39,140 bases of DNA. Source: Chiloscyllium plagiosum. Its lineage: Eukaryota. The first letter of the stretch is position 1, and each line of letters opens with the position of its first letter. The stretch is from the NCBI RefSeq assembly GCF_004010195.1, contig NC_057749.1:22289267-22328406 (forward strand), in the 5' to 3' direction. Below are positions 34,340 through 39,140 of the stretch, one piece after another. The notes below the pieces were generated by a model. The model was given only the letters and a program-made list of their open reading frames with translations. It had not been told where the DNA came from and made no database searches. A program made the position numbers and the translations under genes.

Positions 34340-34679
34340 TAGAATTCCTATCGTGTGGAAGCAGGCCATTCGGCCCATCGAGTCCACACCGACCCTCCAA
34401 AGAGCATGCCACCTGGACCCAATCCCCTACCCTACTCTTTCACTTCCCATGTGCTAATCCATCTCGCTTACACATTCCTGAATACTACGGACGATTTAGC
34501 ATGGCCAATCCACCCTAACCTGCACATCTTTGGGACCATGGGAGGAAACCCATGCAGACATGGGGAGAATGTGCAAACTCCACACACACAATCATCCGAG
34601 GGCGGAATCGAAAGCCGAGGGTGGAATCGAACCCGGGTCCCTGGTGCTGTGAGGCAGCAGTGCTAACCACTGAGCCACC
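34340..34679 (-). mobile_element. HE1-type SINE within a fragmented minus-strand CR1 (about 34160-35345)
   Basis: Core motifs in reverse; small internal duplication of ccgaggg(c/t)ggaatcgaa. Confidence 0.88.
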
Positions 34680-34745
34680 TCTAATAATCTTATTAGGCTA
34701 GCAATAATTAATCAATTAATTCCACAAGGTGTAGTGGGATTCGAA

Positions 34746-34952
34746 CCACTGCTGTAACGTGACAGTTAGGTTCCTCTGCAACTGCGTGCGGCAGAAACCT
34801 GTGTTATGGAAAACCGCGACAGAAAATCATCAATAGAAAATCGCTACCCATTCAGCAGAACGCTTGCATGATCAAACAACGTCCACAATTCACCAACTGC
34901 ATTCTAGCCAATTAGCGCCGATGAAATGCGCATTATAGCAGAACGACCTGTA
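34746..34952. mobile_element. Non-autonomous Tigger/pogo-like DNA transposon remnant
   Basis: Ends ttatagcagaacgacctg followed by TA; related terminus at 23496. Confidence 0.5.
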
Positions 34953-35611
34953 CTCGACATTGAGAGTCCAAAGAGTTAATCACTTCACCACCCTCCCCCT
35001 CTGACGGAAGAAATTTCTCCACGTCTGTGATGTAAACGTGTGACCTGAGATTGTAGCTTTGGTCCTAGCCTGTCCCACAAGGGGAAATGACCTTTCTGCA
35101 TCTGTCCTATTAATTTCCTCTGAAACACACACGTTTCAATAAAGGTGTGACTTATTCGTCTGTATTCCAATGAGCACAGGCCCAATCTACATTACAGTCC
35201 CTCTATACCTGGTATCAGCCAAGTAAATCTTCCCTGCACTGTCAGAAAATAATACCTTTTCTCAGATAAGAGGCCCAAAACTGGTCACAGAAATCCAGCT
35301 GTGGTTTGACTAATGCCTTGTACAGCTATAGCAAAACCTCTCTCCTTTTCTGCTTTCAAGATATTACACTCACGTTGACACAACATTCACATGGAGCAAC
35401 TTATTCTTGGCTAATTCCCTCCCTGTAACAATCAACAGAAGTGTGTGTATTTGGCAGCACACACTTGTAAGGTCAGGTATTCCACGTTACTATGGGAGCC
35501 CACAAACAATCAAAGTCTCCACAGAGTCCTCAGTGACTAGCAGTAACGAAAAGGACACAGAACCTTACTCATCAGTTTTCCACCTTGCTGAAGAATGCTC
35601 AGTTAGTTTCT

Positions 35612-35813
35612 AGTCCAACAGGTTTAGTTGGAAGCATTAGCTTTCGGAGCGCCGCTCCTTCATCAGGTGGTTGTCCATCAGGTGGTTGTCCACCTGACGA
35701 AGGAGCGTCGCTCCGAAAGCTAGTGCTTCCAATTAAACCTGTTGGACTATATCCTGGCGTTGTGTGATTTTTAACTTTGTCCACCCCAGTCCAACACCAA
35801 CATCTCCAAATCA
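35612..35813. mobile_element. Penelope-derived hairpin of a third family with opposed hammerhead motifs (35635-35669 -, 35691-35725 +); 12-bp TSD
   Basis: TSD cagttagtttct (35600-35611) / cagctagtttct (35814-35825). CAC-CUGACGA-A-GGAGC-GUC-GCUCC-GAAAG-CUA-GUG. Confidence 0.82.
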
Positions 35814-36129
35814 CAGCTAGTTTCTGTTGCTCACCTTCATTGTTCTCTTTGGTAGGGAGTGCATCAGAGAGAATTACAACGTGACACTTTCTGGAGTCAG
35901 AGACACCAATTTCGGAACAGGAGCCAGTTCTGCTCACCCCCCCGATCCTCCCTTCAGTAAACTGCTGACCCCCCACTAAAATGGCCAGCATTAACTTTCA
36001 GCTATAAAGGTCTCAGCTTTAATCTCCATCTAACTCTCCACAACAGCTCGTTGATTCGTGCTTCGGACCTCGTACAGAGCAGACATGCAAGAGGGCTGAG
36101 TTCAAATCCAAAAGGAGCCCTAATCTCTG

Positions 36130-36737
36130 GGGCAGCATGGTGGTTAGCACTGTCGCCTCACAGCACCAAGACTCAGTGTGGAGGGAGAAATCAAACCTGT
36201 CTGTGCGACGTTTGCACATTCCCCTTGTGCCTGAGAGAGTTTCCTCTGTGTGCTCTGGCTTCCTAAAACAGTCCAGAGATGTGCAGGTTAAGGTTTGGGC
36301 ACCACGGTGGCTCAGTGGTTAGCACTGCCGCCTTACAGCACCAGGGACCCGAGTTCGATTCCATCCTCGGGCGACTGTCTGCGTGGAGTTTGCACATTCT
36401 CCCCCGTGTCTGCGTGGGTTTCCTCCGGGTGCTCCGGTTTCCTCCCACAATCCAAAGATGTGCAGGTCAGGTGAATTGGCCATGCTAAACTGCCCGTAGT
36501 ATTTGGTGCATTAGTCAGAGGGAAATGGGTCTGGGTGGGTTACTCTTTGGAGGGTCGGTGTGGACTGGCTGGGCCGAACGGCCTGTTTCCACACTGTAGG
36601 GAATCTAATCTGAAGTTGATTGGCCTTCGGAAAAGCAGGGACAGGGTAGAGGAGTGGGTCTGGGTGGGATGCTCTTTCAAGAGTTGGTGTGGACACGATG
36701 GGCCGAATGGCCAGCTTCTACAGAGTAGGGATTCTAT
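36130..36737 (+). mobile_element. Nested SINEs: younger HE1 (36297-36611) inside an older HE1 (36130-36295 and 36615-36737)
   Basis: Older copy breaks at gtgcaggttaagg and resumes gttgattggcc. Confidence 0.85.
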
Positions 36738-37239
36738 CTCGCTGCCTCTGAAACAACTCCATTATTAATGAGTCTTCTTTAGACTTTGAATTTCAGATCA
36801 TTACTGTTTTCAAATCCCACTATCTGCAGTTGCAGGATTCAAACCTGGGTGCCCAGAACATTATCTGCATTATTAATCTAGCAATAATACCACTAGACCA
36901 TCTCTTTGGGCTCATAACCATTGACAATGATTAAAATGCACTCTTATTCAAACTGATAGGATCCTGAGGAGATTTGTCAGGGTGGATGGAAAAAAATGTC
37001 AGAGACAAAGTAACACAGTTTAAAAATATTTTAAAATTCTCCTAGAGAGCCTGTGTTGCTTTCTTGTCCGGAAAGCACAGGAGGCAGGGTTTGATTATTT
37101 TTAAGGGCAAAACTTTCTGAAGATCCTTGACTAACAAGGGAGTCAAAAAGGGGAAAGCAGATTTACCATGAATTGCATCGAATGATGAAGCAGGTTCAAA
37201 GGGCTGAATGGCCTTAGGCTGTTTCATTCATACGTACAA

Positions 37240-38110
37240 GGTGTCATACGGCATGGAAACAGACTCTTCGGTCCAATTCGGCCATGCCAACCATATTCCT
37301 AAACCAAACTAGTCCCACCTTGCTGCACTTAGCTCATATCCCTCCAAACATTTCCTTATTCACGCACCTATCCAAAGGACTTTTAAACATTGTGACTGTA
37401 TGCGCATCCATCACTTGCTCTGGAAGTTCATTCCACACATGAGCAACTGTGTAGAAAAATCACCCGTTTTATTTTAAATCTTTCTCGTCTCACCTCAAAA
37501 ACATGCCCCCCCCGCCCCCGCCCAGCCTTGAATGCCCCCACTCTAGGCAAAAGCCACCTGCCAGTCACCTTATCTACACCCCCCCATGACTTCTAGGAGA
37601 AAGTGAGGACTGCAGATGCTGGAGATCAGAGCTGAAAATGTGTTGCTGGAAAAGCGCAGCAGGTCAGGCAGCATCCAAGGAGCAGGAGAATCGACGTTTC
37701 GGGCATTCCTGAAGAAGGGCTCATGCCCGAAACGTCGATTCTCCTGCTCCTTGGATGCTGCCTGACCTGCTGCGCTTTTCCAGCAACACATTTTCAGCCC
37801 TCATGATTTCATCCACCTCCTTATGACCACCTCTCAATCCAATACGCTCCAGTGACAAATGTCCCAGCCTATCCAGCCTCTCCTTATAATTCAAACCCTC
37901 CATTCGTACCAACATCCTGGTAAATCTCGTCTGAACCGTCTCCAGTTTAATAATATCCTTCCTATAACAGGGTGACTAGAACAGCATTCACATCTCCAGA
38001 ACAGGCCTCACCAATGTCCTTTATAACCTCAACATGACGTCCCAACTCCGATACTCAAAGGTCTGAGCAATGATGGCAAGTGTGCTAAACGCCATTTTAA
38101 CCACCCTGTC
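37240..38110 (-). mobile_element. CR1/HER1-type LINE 3' portion
   Basis: MEGLNYKERLDRLG motif; same family as 18140-18760. Confidence 0.88.
37596..37797. mobile_element. Penelope-derived hairpin (same family as 8180-8387) with hammerhead core at 37705-37740 (+)
   Basis: Near-perfect inverted arms; CTGAAGA-A-GGGC-TCAT-GCCC-GAAAC-GTC; imperfect TSD cccccatgacttc / ccctcatgatttc. Confidence 0.85.
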
Positions 38111-38351
38111 TACATATGTATAGGGATTGTCTTTTGTTATTAGTTTTGGCTTTTTCCCATAAGTGAAAGCATTTTCTCAGTCGAACCCTTTATTATTTTT
38201 AAGGCCTCTATTATGGCACTCCCTCAGTCTCCTGAGAAACAAAAGCCTTATCAGCCTTTCCTGGGAGACTGGTGTTTCTCCAATCTGGAATCATCTTCAG
38301 ACTTGGTGGCACATTCTCCAATGCTTCTGCATCGTCTTCATGGCACAGAGA

Positions 38352-39140
38352 CCTGAACCCCACACAGTATTCCCATACAATATTCCCACACAGTATCACT
38401 GAACCCCACAGAGTATTCCTGAATCCCACACAGTATTCCCGCACAGTATTCCTGAACCCCACACAGTATTCCCGTACAGTATTCCTGAACCCCACAGAGT
38501 ATTCCTGAATCCCACACAGTATTCCCACACAGTATTCCTGAACCCCACACAGTATTCCTGAACCCCAGACAGTATTCCTGAACCCGCACAGTATTCCTGA
38601 ACCACACAGTATTCCTGAAACCCCACACAGTACTCCCACACTATACTGCTGAACCTCACACTGTGTTCCTGAACCCCACACAGTATTCCTGAATCCCACA
38701 CAGTACTCCTGAACCCTACACAGTATTCCCACACTATATTGCTGAACCTCACACAGTATTCCTGAACCCCCAACAGTATTCCTGAACCCCACACAGTATT
38801 CCCTCACCCCACAGTATATTCCCACACAGTATTCCTGAACCCCACACAGTATTCCTGAATCCCACACAGTATTCCTGAACCCCACACGTATTCCTGAACC
38901 ACACAGTATTCCTGAAACCCCACACAGTACTCCCACACTATACTGCTGAACCTCACACTGTGTTCCTGAACCCCACACAGTATTCCCGCAGTATTCCTGA
39001 ATCCCACACAGTACTCCTGAACCCTACACAGTATTCCCACACTATATTGCTGAACCTCACACAGTATTCCTGAACCCCCAACAGTATTCCCTCACCCCAC
39101 ACAGTATTCCCTCACCCCACAGTATTCCCTCACCCCACAG
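38352..39140. repeat. Tandem satellite, 20-bp unit cagtattcctgaaccccaca with 11-13-bp variants and a higher-order repeat of about 300 bp; runs off the window
   Basis: 20-bp period visible at 38531-38580. Diagnostic variants ctatactgct at 38641/38938 and ctatattgct at 38734/39042. Confidence 0.95.

Noticed and set aside
38211..39040. 255-aa and overlapping repetitive ORFs
   Set aside because: Products of a stop-poor satellite open in several frames; no exon structure.

Overview
Repeat-rich vertebrate genomic DNA, almost certainly from a shark (HE1-type V-SINEs, CR1/HER1-type LINEs and Penelope-derived hairpins typical of elasmobranchs; one 366-N gap at 13550-13915). The only gene I can support is the 3' end of ICE2 (NARG2, little elongation complex subunit 2) on the minus strand. 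Four GT-AG exons (25495-25411, 17923-17873, 15073-14812, 3530-3327) splice in frame to about 200 aa, followed by a repeat-free 3' UTR with a complete poly(A) signal near 2661. The next upstream exon was not found and probably lies beyond 39140. The rest is nested transposon debris. Most notable: (1) at least three sequence-divergent families of short, TSD-flanked Penelope-derived elements carry a minimal type I hammerhead ribozyme core with covarying stems, some on the ICE2 sense strand; (2) two short-range inverted templated insertions, one of which brackets the frame-preserving 51-nt ICE2 exon; (3) a tandem duplication that preserves both the filled and the empty site of a SINE insertion; (4) a satellite apparently born from a CR1 RT codon stretch. 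Repeat family names and repeat boundaries are from recognition by eye and are approximate. Hammerheads in Penelope-like elements are known in general, so I do not claim a wholly new system.
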